Of a stretch of DNA of 64,000 nucleotides, positions 1-19,279 are shown piece by piece; the first letter of the stretch is position 1, and every line of letters begins with the position of its first letter. Both the position numbers and the translations under genes were made by a program. The DNA is from the human T2T-CHM13v2.0 reference genome, Homo sapiens. The stretch is taken from the NCBI RefSeq assembly GCF_009914755.1, contig NC_060927.1; one strand, given 5' to 3'. A model generated the notes under the pieces. That model searched no databases, was not told where the DNA came from, and saw only the letters and a list, made by a program, of their open reading frames with translations.

Positions 1-954
1 GTTTTTCTAACTAAATGGAAGCCTGCATCATGCAGGCAATAAACATTCTTGCTTGAAAGGAATTCTTGCTCCTTCTTTTAAGACTGCCATGGGAATAAAA
101 TAGAAAAAGAAAAAAGAAAAAAAAAAGCCCCACAGAGTTGTGAACTTGTGTCTGGCTTAGGAGCCAAATGGGATTTTGAAGCCTACAAGTTTTCTATTCA
201 CTTCTAAATTTAGCACTCACAAATTTCCCGTTTGGCAAATCATGTTCCTCAAACCAAATGTAAGCCATTTTTTAGGAATGTTAGTATCTGATTCCATTTG
301 TTAACAACCGTGGCTAATCTGCTGCACTGGACATTTGGCAAAAGTTTATTTTATAGTTCCTGGATGCCCATACAGTGAAAGATGAAAGTGAAAGAAACCA
401 GTTGGTCTGTAATACCAGTTCATGAAATGTGGAAGGGAGATCTTTTCAAACACAAACCATCTATGGGTCTAGACTCAGGAGCAGGTAGACTTTACGACAT
501 AGGACTACCCCTAAATAGGACACTGTTTTCGGATTCTTTGCTTCTTTTCTTTTTGATGGGGACATGTAAATGGAATTACGCACAACTTCCTACGTGCTCT
601 CACAGCATTTTTCTTGAACCCTTCTTACAATAAATTATCAAGCCCTGGCTTGTAAGATTCATTGGTTTTTATGTCTGGCTATCCACTTTTCGATGAACCC
701 TTGGTTTTATTCATTCCTAAAATCCACACAAAGTCTAGCATAGGGTCTTTCCTATAGTATATGTTCTGATCATATTTGAAAAGGAATGAAAATGACTGCT
801 TCCCTCTTCCTCTTATTTATCAATCACTTACAACCTCCAAAGATTTGGTGTTTATAGTAGAGAAAGTGGTTTACAAGTAATACCATTCACAAATTTATAT
901 GCAGCGCAATCTTTGCACTTGGAGTGAAACATAACAGCAAGAAAGGTGAACGAA

Positions 955-1150
955 TTCACTTTTATTAACGTCTCCTTTGTGCCAGGCACTTTATCTCACT
1001 TAATCTTCCCCAAATCGTATAAATATATAATATCACCTCCATTGTTTTAAATAAAGGAAATAAATTTCAAAAATACAAAATCACTTGCCCTAAACATGCA
1101 ACTATTTTATGCTAGAGATAGGACTCAAACCCAGATTCCAAAGCATGCAT
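955..1150 (-). mobile_element. MIR SINE fragment
   Basis: Degenerate reverse MIR core (gtgccaggcact...acttgccctaaacatgcaact...ggactcaaacccagattccaaagc). Confidence 0.6.
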
Positions 1151-1572
1151 TTTATTTGCTAAACATGCAATGGAAATAGAAAAAGACGTACATCATTGAC
1201 ATAAACAGAAGGCTCAAAATTAGTCTATTCTAAGAGAAAAACATACAGAAATAAATTTGTACTGGGTGAAATCTTCCCTTAATCCTTCCTGTATCAGTGG
1301 AACATGTTATTTTATTTGAATACAGAAATTGCATTAGGGTGGGGGTCAAATTTTGCACATTTAATTGCTTAAAGTTTAATTGAGTAAAATCTGCTATACT
1401 TCTTTTAATGAAGCAATTCTTTTTAACGTTTACTTTACACAATAACTACCTGATAATACCTGATTAAATAAGATGCATTAATTAAAAGAGGTATTTTTGA
1501 ACATGAAAAAAATAATCAGATTGGAGGTTTTTTAAAAAACCTTGCTGTATAAGGACACTCCCTAATAACTTC

Positions 1573-3017
<1,445 letters not shown>

Positions 3018-3491
3018 GATTTCTTTACTCACATAAAATTGAAAAGGAGCTCTTTTCTTATCAGTTCTAGATCTTCCACACAAAGAGATTATGCTTCTCA
3101 GGCGTTTAATTATATACACATATACAGTCCCTCTATAAAAGACTGTTAGGGAACGTGCAGACTATTCAGAGAAAGTCATAAACAAAATGCCAGAAGCATA
3201 GAGCATCCAAGATGGCAGCCAAAACTTCTATTCATTTCAACAAAGTCTTCTTTGAAGTTTGATCTGTATAATAACTATTTTTAAAACACCTGTAGAAGTC
3301 ATAATATCTATAACATTCCTATGAATTAGTAAGTTTCACTTTTCATAAAGTTGATCACTAAAGTTCATAGAAGTTTAGTGATTTCTTTTCTTTTGGAAAA
3401 AAGAAGTAGATGTATACATAGATGGAAGGATAGCCAGGTAGTGGATAATAAATACATACATATATACTCATATGATTGAAATAGAGAGTGA

Positions 3492-3590
3492 AGGGAGGGA
3501 GGGAGGAAGGAAGGAAGGAAGGAAGGAAGGAAGGAAGGAAGGAAGGAAGGAAGGAAGGGGAGGGAGGAGGGAAGGGAGGGAGGGAGGGAT
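3492..3590 (+). repeat. Polypurine microsatellite with 13 perfect GGAA units (3505-3556)
   Basis: Read directly from the sequence. Confidence 0.97.
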
Positions 3591-5265
3591 AAGAAATACA
3601 AAAATGGAAGAAAGAAAAGAGATTAGGCATTCTCATCTAGTCAATATTACTCCCGGGGAGTCAAAATTGATTCTTCAGGGGGTAAATAAAATCTTATTCT
3701 TTAATATGTAAACTCAGAGACATTCTATGAACAGATGCACAGTGTATCTGTGGTATTAAAGTTTAATGGTAGAAGGATTAGAAAAAAATATTTAGAAGTC
3801 TTCTTAAAGAGGAAACAAACTTTATGAAGTTTGAGAAACACTGAGAGGTTGGGGCAGGATGTGACATACACATTCAGCTATGTTACTATTTACATTTAAT
3901 TATTTTTCTATTCTTCCCTTCTTTGGGATGCAAGAAGTTTTTCTCAGCCCCTGAAGAAAAGCTGAGAATTAAACCGACCTTTTGCTTGAAAATAAGAAAA
4001 TAAGTTTCCAGTTGCTGTGTATTCATGCTCTCATCCTAATGTACAACCCAGTCTATTGTGAGAGAGAAAGAGGGTATTGGGTTTGAGAAGAGAGGTACTT
4101 CTGAGGGAAGTAGGGAGGCAAAAGGAGGTCAGTGGATGAAATGGAGAATTAAATGAAAGGCATTACTGAAAGGGAGCCTCAGAAACTCAAGAAATGAACC
4201 GAGAACTTCTGCTAAAAATGGGAGCTTTATAGTCCATTAAGAGCCAAATAAGTTTGTCTAGTAAAGGAACACCATAAGAGATGACATTCAGAAGGTCAGG
4301 AGCCAAATAAAATTGCTTTTCCTATTCAAAACTCATTATGTTTTATTTGCTTGACATTCTCTTCCTCCCTTCTTTAGCTGGTGAACACTTCAACAAGTAT
4401 CTCAAATGTTCCTCCATGAAACATTCCCAGATTCCCGCAATGGACTTTAGTCTCTGACTAATCTGCGAGCACCTTGTAATTTTTACTTAAGATTGCATTT
4501 ATCACATCAGTTATCATTGTTTATCCCCATAGAGAGTAACCTTCTTAATTTGTGAACTGGATGATTTTTATATCAGATTGTTTGTTGACAACTATAGAGC
4601 TCGCACATAATAATGAAGAGAACATTCCCCACTTAGTACCTGAGCAAGAAAAGGTTATTTTGGACAGGGATAATTTTGCCCAGGCTTCCCGAACCTACCC
4701 ATATTCATCAGTAGAATTGAGAACTCATAGCTCCAAAGGTTTTTAAAAAGGGAAAAAAAGCCTATATTTTTATGGATGGTGCAGAAAGCGGAGCAAATAA
4801 GGGCCACCTACCCCTTCGGGCAGGAACTTTCACTATCTGAGAATTCCCTTGCAGAATGAATGTAGCTGGTGATGGATGCAGTATCAAGGTTTTCTCCTAG
4901 TCTGTGTGCTACTGGGCCCCTATTTTCAGAAGCATATTAAAATGGAGAGGTTGGGAATTGAATTTGGTTTCAAAGCATCCTTCTTATGGCAGTGTCCTAT
5001 ATATTGGAACTAGAGTTTGTCTCTTTCTTGCTCCTGTTATTATCATAGCTGATGGGACATGATTTCACTGAAATATTTCTTCAAAATCATTTGATCAGAA
5101 GTGGTGGACTATTTAGTACTGGCTTGTTTACTTAAAATATCATTTCTTGTGATATGTGGTCCTGTATATTCATTGAATAACTCATTTGCTTAAATGAGCT
5201 TGGTGAAGCAAAATTTAGGACCACATTTTTATGGTCAGTGATTCTTAGTAATATAATATTGTTAA

Positions 5266-5339
5266 TTGTTTTCTTTTCATAAACATGATATTTGTTCTAT
5301 TTTTGTTTTCTTTTCACAAACTTTATACTTGTTCTATTT
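5266..5339. repeat. 37-bp tandem duplication (2 diverged copies)
   Basis: ttgttttcttttcataaacatgatatttgttctattt followed by ttgttttcttttcacaaactttatacttgttctattt. Confidence 0.85.
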
Positions 5340-5721
5340 TCTTTCCCCAAGAATGAAAATCAAAATGGATTTTTTAGAGTTTTTTTAATATACAACAATA
5401 TATAGCACAAATGTAAAATTAAGCAGGAAAAGGTAAAGAAGGAATTCAAGTGGATGGCCATGGCTGAGGAAGATGAAAAGGGAATATAATCAATGTTGGG
5501 TACAGAGATACTCACAAATATATTTGTAATTTTCTTGCTTTAATAAACATCTGAGCCCAAGTTAATACTTAAAACTGAGCAATTCAGTACACAGGTGTTC
5601 ACTATATTCCTATCAACTCTTGTGCATATAAGTGAAATATGTAACCGTAAAAATATAACATTTTCTATAAAAGATATAGGCAGTACATTATGGCTGATAG
5701 TGATACTTGCCTTTGCAATAG

Positions 5722-6135
<414 letters not shown>

Positions 6136-6431
6136 TGATTTATAGAACTGCTGCAGTTGTTCTGATACTTGGGGAGCCCAGCCTTGAGTGATAAATGAAT
6201 ACACAAAAAAAAAGGAACAGCAAAAAAAGGGGGGGACAAGCTAATTATTGAATTAACTAACCATGTAACTCTTGTCTTTACACTTCCTATTATGCATGAT
6301 GACAAATCCTTAATCTATTTTTAAATTGACAGCTAAATGCTAATTGACAGATACTTGTTTGTTAACTTATCATATTGTACTATTTATTTAGAATAAATTC
6401 CCAGTAGCAGGGTTATTACTCTTGCTTGTTC

Positions 6432-7020
6432 TTTTTTGTTTGTTTTTTGTTTTTGTTTGAGACAGGGTCTTGCTCTGGCACAAAGACTGGAGAGCAATGG
6501 TGTGATCATAATTCACTGCAACCTTGAACTTCTGGGCACAAGTGATCCTCCCATCTCAGCCTCTCAAATAGCTGGAATCACAAGCATGTACAACCACACC
6601 CTTCTTTTTAAAAATTTTTTAATTTTTTAAGAGGTGGAGTCTCTTTATGTTCTTTTATTATTATTATTCTGTAAGTACTGGGGTACATGTGCAGAGCATG
6701 CAGTTTTTTTACGTAGGTATACACGTGCCATGGTGGTTTGCTGCACCCATCAACCTGTCACCTACATTAGGTATTTCTCCTAATGCTATCTCTCCCCTAG
6801 CCTCCCACACCCCAGTAGGCCCTGGTGTGTGATGTTCCCGTCCCTGTGTCCATGTGTTCTCATTATTAACTCCCACTTACGATTGAGAACATGGGGTGTT
6901 TGGTTTTCTGCATCATTCTTTATGTTCTTTAGGCTGATTTCAAACTCCTGGCCTCAGGCAGTCCGCCCACCCCAGCCTCCTGAGTTGCTGGGATTATAGG
7001 CAAAAGCCATTATGCCCAGC
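6432..7020 (-). mobile_element. AluJ interrupted by an L1 fragment
   Basis: Right arm ~6432-6600 and left arm resuming after 6930. Confidence 0.88.
6656..6911 (-). mobile_element. 5'-truncated L1PA (about PA8) 3'UTR inserted in the AluJ
   Basis: L1 3'UTR sequence; 14-bp TSD tctttatgttcttt at 6642-6655 and 6917-6930. Confidence 0.92.
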
Positions 7021-8134
7021 TCAGCTTTTGAAATATGTTTTAAAATTACTCTCCAATGTAATAACCTTAAAATTCAACCACCTGGTAAAATGCAAAGACT
7101 GAATAACAAAAACCATGATAATAATATTTTTATAGATAACAAGCCATGTTAAAATCTGTTAAAAGCTATTGATCTCTAATCCAGAAAAAGTACCAAAGAT
7201 GGGCCCAAACTCACAAAATTGCCTGAACTTCAGGAGTATATATGCCTTCAAGACCCCATTCATTATCTAGTTCAGAAATCCTTGCTACATAGCTTTATAT
7301 AATATAAAATACTTCCACATCAGTTAATTTTTCTAGTGGCTGGTTATGCTGATCTTTAAACAATTCCATGACAACTTTTATATATAAATATCTTTTCTCT
7401 CCCAGCCACAGGTTGGAGGCCTTTGAATTTAATGTGTTATTACCTCTCACCCAGAATTAAGGCCATTTTATCCTTCTGCACTACTTTTCTTTTAAACTTC
7501 TTTGACTGCCCAGTCAAAATTGTTTATGTGAATACTGTTCTTAGACTTCTCCCTACTCTTATCTTTTTTGTGTTGAAGAAGGTGGCTTTGGAATCTTTGG
7601 CAAACACCAGGCATTTTTAATTACCATTAGCAAATCGTTGCAAACAGAGAATATAAAGGAGCCTCTGGTTGTCAGAGCCATTAATGCTGATTAAAACAGG
7701 GTGTGTGGGCCCGTGGTTTAAGTTTGTTTGTTTTGAAGCATTCACTCTAAGGAATCCAGGCCAGCCTTCCCTATTACCACGGCAATGTGCAGGTTTTCGT
7801 GTGCATATGATGGGTAGAGTCTCTAACAACTGAAACCTGGTCCAAAATTGTACTTGCGTAAACAAAAGGGGAAAAAATTAAAAGGTTTTTGTATTTGTGG
7901 AAATTTAATAGTCTTTTTGTGGACATTAAAACAAACATCCCTCCCTCCACATATTTATTTACATGCACTAATATTGATAAAATGTTCAGTGTGTGTGTGA
8001 ACAATCTCTTTAGTCTTTGTCATTGAATGGTGAAGCCACTTTATGTTTTTCATTGAATAATTTTATTATTAATGGATGGGTTATTAAGTAGTAGACAACC
8101 AAAAGTCAGAGAACTAAGCTGTTGGTATCAAAAA

Positions 8135-8330
8135 GCAGTTGAATATTGACCACATGTATGGTGCAGTACTAAGTCCTTTATGTATGTGATATCATTTGAT
8201 TTAATCATTTAAAGAACCCTCTGAGATAGGAATTATTATATTTATTTTATTTAGAAAAAGATTGTAACTTAGGGATACTAATTAAATACTTCAAGTTCAA
8301 TAAAACCAAGATTCAAATCCATATCCACAA
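8135..8330 (-). mobile_element. MIR fragment
   Basis: tcatttgatttaatcatttaaagaaccctctgagatagg resembles the reverse MIR core. Confidence 0.5.
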
Positions 8331-11267
8331 TATACTGAAATATATTTTTATATTTAAAATGCATATTATATGTGTATTCTGCATCTTATGCCTATTAAAT
8401 GTATATGTACAGTTGTTTGTGTGTATATTTCTCTCACACCCTCTCTTTTTCACATTTTTTACATAAAAACCTATTTTTATTGATCTAACTGAATCTTTAA
8501 TATGTACATCTGTGGTTAACTCAGTCTCTAACTTCATAGAATGGTTTATCTCATAGACCATAAAGATATAAAGAAAAAATTGTTCTTACAAGCCATTGAT
8601 AATGTAAACCAAAGTCTACTGAAGTTTAAAGAGACTAATTTTTCCTTTTAATTTAGAATCTAACAGCCATAACACACATAAACATAGTGTTTTAAAACTA
8701 ATACTGAAATTTTAGCATACTAAGTTCACATATACCGTATAAATATCTAAAATTGCCCTTTTCTGTGTTTTTTTTTTTTTCCATTGGGGTTAAAATGAAT
8801 GTGTTTGCCTTTCTCTGTCATCACCTCATTACAGCATGTTGAGAAACGAGTTTCTTCTCAACAAACAAATATCACCTTTCAACTTTTTGTTCTACTTCAA
8901 AAATTCTAATTATTGAAGGGGATTCTTTAACAGATTGCTTTGATTCAGGTTATTGAAAGAGATTCAGGTTCGAATAAAATATCAAAATTCTGACACTAAC
9001 TGATCCAAAGTGCCAGCAGCTTCCACCAGCTGCTCGAATGAGCCAGGACTGCAAACATGCAACAGGGGTGGATCCCCTGCTTGAGGACTTTCTTGCTTTT
9101 CACCATACCTTCTGCACAATGTAGGGTGGATGTTTGACATAGCAAGTGAATATATATATACATATATACACCCACACACATATATCTTTCCACTTTTCAT
9201 TAATTTGGTATTTTTGAAAATGTCTTCAACAAATTTACCTTACTTTAGGGAAAAGAAAAAGCCCCCAGTACCTCTCCTTCACTTTCCTGCACGTTTCTTA
9301 TCTCTTTCATATATTCAGGTTACAGAGGAGGAATTGTCATCTCTTTTCTCTAATTTGCACTACACAAAGCCAGAAATAATGATGTTTTCTGCTTGAACGC
9401 AAACCAATCGTTTATCTGGACGCCCCTGAAAAGACTTAATTTGCTCAACTAGTCAGTATTATGCTTCTGTTAAAGGATCCCAGACGCACACTTGGACTTC
9501 TCTTTTAACTCACGTTTTTCCCCTGTTCACCCCCACATACCACCTCCTCAAGCTTTCCCAAATGAGAACTGGCTGCCAACCCGACTTCACTCCCCTTCAC
9601 CTCTTTTAGCCTATTATTCTGTGTTCTAGTTACCACCAGCACTGTGTCTCAAACCCAAGGACTCGCACTTGCCTAAAATAAATAATAAGCAGAAGAAACA
9701 GACAACCAGCCTGTTTTTGCCACCTTTTCTGAGAGCATGAGGTAATGCTGGCCTATTCAGCAAGTGCTGCAAATGGCTGACAGACATTTCGAGAATCTCA
9801 GTGGTGAGAGATGAGGAATGTCCCAGCTCAGTCTGGCAGCAGAGTCCAACCTCACACACAAGAGGCTTTTAAAAGGCACAGTGGGAAGAACTTTTAATGT
9901 TTCCATTCAGAGGGGAATTTAACTGCTCTTTGACAAACCACCTAGACATTTTGTTATGCTTGGAGCAAGAATGTTTCTTTTCTTTTCTTGGATCCTTAAA
10001 CTATTCTGCAAAATTCTGAACAGGATCAATACTATTAAACCTCAGCATGTTCTATTGGCATTTCTTATTTTCAAGCCTGATGAGAGACAGAGAGGGAGAG
10101 AGAGAATGAGAATTAAGAAATTGAAGGAGTACATTTAAATTAGTATTTTGCTAACAAGAATGATTTGCAAATGCTATCTATTAATAGTTTGGGAGTCTCT
10201 ATATAATTACTTTGTAAAATTCTCCAAATTTATTCAATATATTTGGTAAGTAAAGAAAATTGTATATTTAGAACCAAAGGAGATAAGAAAAATTTCAAGA
10301 AAGTGACCAACTAAGAGAGTGTATTATATACGTGTATGTTATGTATATATAAATATGTATTAGTGTATATGTATAGATGTAACTCAAACATGTATGTATG
10401 TTAAATGAACATATTTAATAACATACACAACATAAAATCACATGTTATTCCCATTTATCTCATTCTCCATGTCTCAGAATCCCTTAAATTGTTAAATAAG
10501 ATTGTCTACCTATCAGTCTTCCAAGTTTCTTTCTGCCTTTCACTATAATGAATCAGTAAGCTTTAAAAAAATTAAATTTCACAGATATTGAAAGAAGCTG
10601 TTATGAGAGGGGATGGTTATAAAAAATGGGCGTGGAGGAAGAACTTAAGCAGTGTATTGAAGGGTAAATAGAATGTGCTGAAAACTGCATAATAGGTGAT
10701 ATCTGATAGTGACAAATATTCTAAAATATAAACGTAAAAATGCGAAGGGTCAAAATAACTAAAAAATATTGATTTGAAGCAAAATTGAAGGAGCAACAGA
10801 CTGAAAACAACACATCTATACATATATAAATACTTGGTGTGTGAATTACTGTAAAACAAGAGATATGGGCTTTTCACATGGTGCTGGTTTAATTGAATAT
10901 CCATATTTTTAAAGATATGAAATGGAACTCTACCGCACACCATACCCAAAATTCAACACCAGAAGAATTGCAGATCTAAAAGAAAACAGTATAACAACAA
11001 GAAGAAAAAAACCTTCTAGAATAACAGAAGAAAATCTCATGTTCTTGTAGTATTCAAAGATTTCTTAAGCAGATTTCTTAAACATTAACCATATAATATT
11101 TAATACAAGCTTTATTAAAATTGAAAATTGTGGTTCATTAAAAGACATTAAAGGTGAGAAAAATTTATTGAAATGCTGGGAAAATATCTGCAATACACAT
11201 GTCCTATTTCTACTGAAACACATAAAAAACTCTTATGAATGAATAATAAAAGGATATAAAACCCACT

Positions 11268-11869
<602 letters not shown>

Positions 11870-13481
11870 GGGAGGGAGGGAGGGAAGGAAGGAAGGAAGG
11901 AAGGGGCAAAATAATAAACAGTCACTTCTGAAAACAGGATATACAAATGCCCAATCAGCCTGTCAAAATGGCTTAAGTCTAGTTATCAGGAAAGTGAAAG
12001 TTAAAACCACAATAAGCCACCACTACCCTCCCACTAGCATGTCTAAGATTAAAAAAAAAAAATCACATCAAGTGTTATGGTGGATGTGGAGTAACTAGAA
12101 CTCTCGTATACTTCCAATGAAACTTTGAATAGATACAACAACCTTGATAAAGATTTAGCAGTATTTACTAACCTGGATATATAATACTATATGACTTGTT
12201 CATTCTATTTCTATGTATAAACTCAATAGAAATGAGTGACATATGCACTAAAGGTATGAGAATATGGATAGCAACTTCATTCATGATACCCAAACTTGGA
12301 GACCAAACTGTGGCAAATTCATACAATGGAATACTATTCATAAATGTAAAATACAGATTAGCTGCCATTCAACGGCAGCCATAACATTGGATGAATTAAT
12401 GCAGACACATGAGAGTGCACCTTGTACAGATATACATATGATTTTTGTCTACAAAGTTCAAGTACCATCCAATCTAATCTACGATGATAGAGGTCAGAAG
12501 AGTGCTTATTTTAGGGGTGGTGTTAACAGTAATTAATAAGAATTGTCCCTTTTATTATATGCATGTTATACTTAAATGTAAGAAAACTAAGAAATAGATT
12601 TCATTTCAAAACATAAGAAAATTGGGTCCATTTTTATATAGAAAGGTAAGAAAATAATCAGGTGGAGTTTGTTTTTCAGTACAAGGTTGGTTTAATTTTC
12701 AAAAATCAATGTTATTTAACACATTAACAGAAAAAAGCAGAAAATATTATCTCAGTATGTATAGAATAATGATTTGATAAAATTCAATCCCACCCATGTC
12801 TTAAAAAGAAAAGAGACATATGAAGCTAGGACTACGTGATAACTTCCCTAACTGCTTAACTAACCAAGTATTCATTTAAAAAAAAGGTTACAGAAAAAAA
12901 CCATACTTAATCATAAAACATTGAAAGTTTTTTCCCTGATTTAAAAAAAAGGCAAAGATGCTTGCTATCAGTACATCTCTTCAACAGTGTATAGAATATT
13001 ATGGCCAATAAAAAAAAACACACACAAGAAAAAATACAAATATGTTTGGAAGGAAAAAATAAAACTAGATAGTATTATTAGACAACAGACTGTACACATT
13101 AAAAATTCAAAATGATCTACAGAAAAAATTAGAATCAGTAATTTTAACATTTTAATGGATAGAAATTGACATATAAAATCAATGATATTTTTTCTATAGC
13201 AGCAACCAGAAGAAAAAAAACTTTAAAATACCACCTGAAATAGAAAAAAACCCTCAAATACCTATGAATAATTATTTTTAAAAATATGTAAAAGTTCTTC
13301 ACAAGAAAAACTACAAAAAATATTGCAAGAAGTTTTTCAAAAAGTTAATAAAGGAAGAGTCCACATTCAGAACTACAAAGACATCATTTCTCCCAAAATG
13401 TTTTACAGGTTCATTTCTAAGTCAATATTCTAGCAGAGGATGTTTTTTTAAGTTGGCAAACTGAGTCAAAATTTATATAAA

Positions 13482-13826
<345 letters not shown>

Positions 13827-14471
13827 TTACATTCGCATACATCAAAGCTTATTGCAAAACTAATAATAACTTAGACTATGTAGTATTTATGGAAGAATAG
13901 ACAAAAATGTGATGGAACAAGAGTTCCAAAAGAGGCCCACTCATGGAGACTTGATTTATAATGTTAGAAAATGACACTGAAGAGCAATGAGATGAAGGTA
14001 ACCTTTTTCATATATGATGCTGTCAATTGTATACCCACATAAAGACAAAAATAAATCTAATCCTGCTTTATATCTCATCCTTAAATGCATTCACACTAGA
14101 CTGTAGATTTAAAAAAAAACGAGAGAATATATTTATGCCCTTACAATAGATAGATTTCTTAATTTGGACACAAAAAAAAACACTAAGCATAATGGAAAAC
14201 AATGGTAATTCAGACATGTCAAAATAAAGACAGTTAATTCATCAAAAGACTCTCTTTTTTATTTTTTATTCTACTTTAAGTTCTAGGGTACATGTGAACA
14301 ACGTGCAGGTTTGTTACATATGTATACATGTGCCATGTTGGTGTGCTGCACCCATCAACTCATCATTTACATTAGGTATATCTCCTAATGCTATCCCTCC
14401 CCCCTCCCCCAACCCCATGACAGGCCCCAGTGTGTGATGTTCGCCACCCTGTGTCCAAGGATTCTCATTGT

Positions 14472-18295
<3,824 letters not shown>

Positions 18296-18358
18296 TATGA
18301 TGTTAGCTGGTTATTTTTCTCATTAGTCGATGCAGTTTCTTCCTAGTCTTGATGGTCT

Positions 18359-19279
18359 TTATAATTTGGCATGTTTTTGCAGCGGCTGGTACCAGTTGTT
18401 CCTTTCCATGTTTAGTGCTTCCTTCAGGAGCTCTTGTAAGGCAGGCCTGGTGGTGACAAAATCTCTCAGCATTTGCTTGTCTGTAAAGGATTTTATTTCT
18501 TCTTCACTTATGAGGCTTAGTTTGGCTGGATATGAAATTCTTAGTTGAAAATTCTTTTCTTTAAGAATGTTGAATATTGGCCCCTACTCTCTTCCAGCTT
18601 GTAGAGTTTCTGCCGAGAGATCAGCTGTTAGTCTGATGGGCTTCCCTTTGTGGATAACCTGACCTTTCTCTCTGGCTGCCCTTACCATTTTTTCCTTCAT
18701 TTCAACTTGGGTGAATCTAACAATTATGTGTCTTGGAGTTGCTCTTCTCAAGGAGTATCTTTGTGGCATTCTCTGTATTTCCTGAATTTAAATGTTGGCC
18801 TGCCTCACTAGGTTGGGGAAGTTCTGGATGATATCCTGAAGAGTGTTTTCCAATTTGGTTCCATTCTCCTCATCACTTTCAGGTACACCAATCACATGTA
18901 GATTTGGTCTTTTCACATAGTCCCATATTTCTTGGAGGCTTTGTTCATTTCTTTTTACTCTTTTTTTCTCTAAACCTCTCTTCTCGCTTCATTTCATTCA
19001 GCTCCATCAGGTCATTTAAGGACTTCTCTACACTGTTTATTCTAGTTAGCCATTCGTCTAATCTTTTTTCAAGGTTTTAACTTTTTTGCGATGGGTTCGA
19101 ACATCCTCCTTTAGCTTGGAGAAGTTTGTTATTACTAATAGTCTGAAGCCTTCTTCTCTCAACTTGTCATTCTCCATCCAGCTTTTTTCTGTTGCTGGCG
19201 AGGAGCTGCGTTCCTTTGGAGGAGAAGAGGCACTCTGATTTTTATAATTTTCAGCTTTTCTGCTCTGGTTTCTCCCCAT
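18359..19279 (-). pseudogene. L1 ORF1, disrupted, with an internal deletion near 19000
   Basis: MGRNQSRKAENYKNQSASSPPKERSSSPA and PQRYSLRRATPRHIIVRF fragments. Confidence 0.92.

Noticed and set aside
3358-3711. ORFs rich in PSFL or RKEG
   Set aside because: Translations of the GGAA microsatellite.
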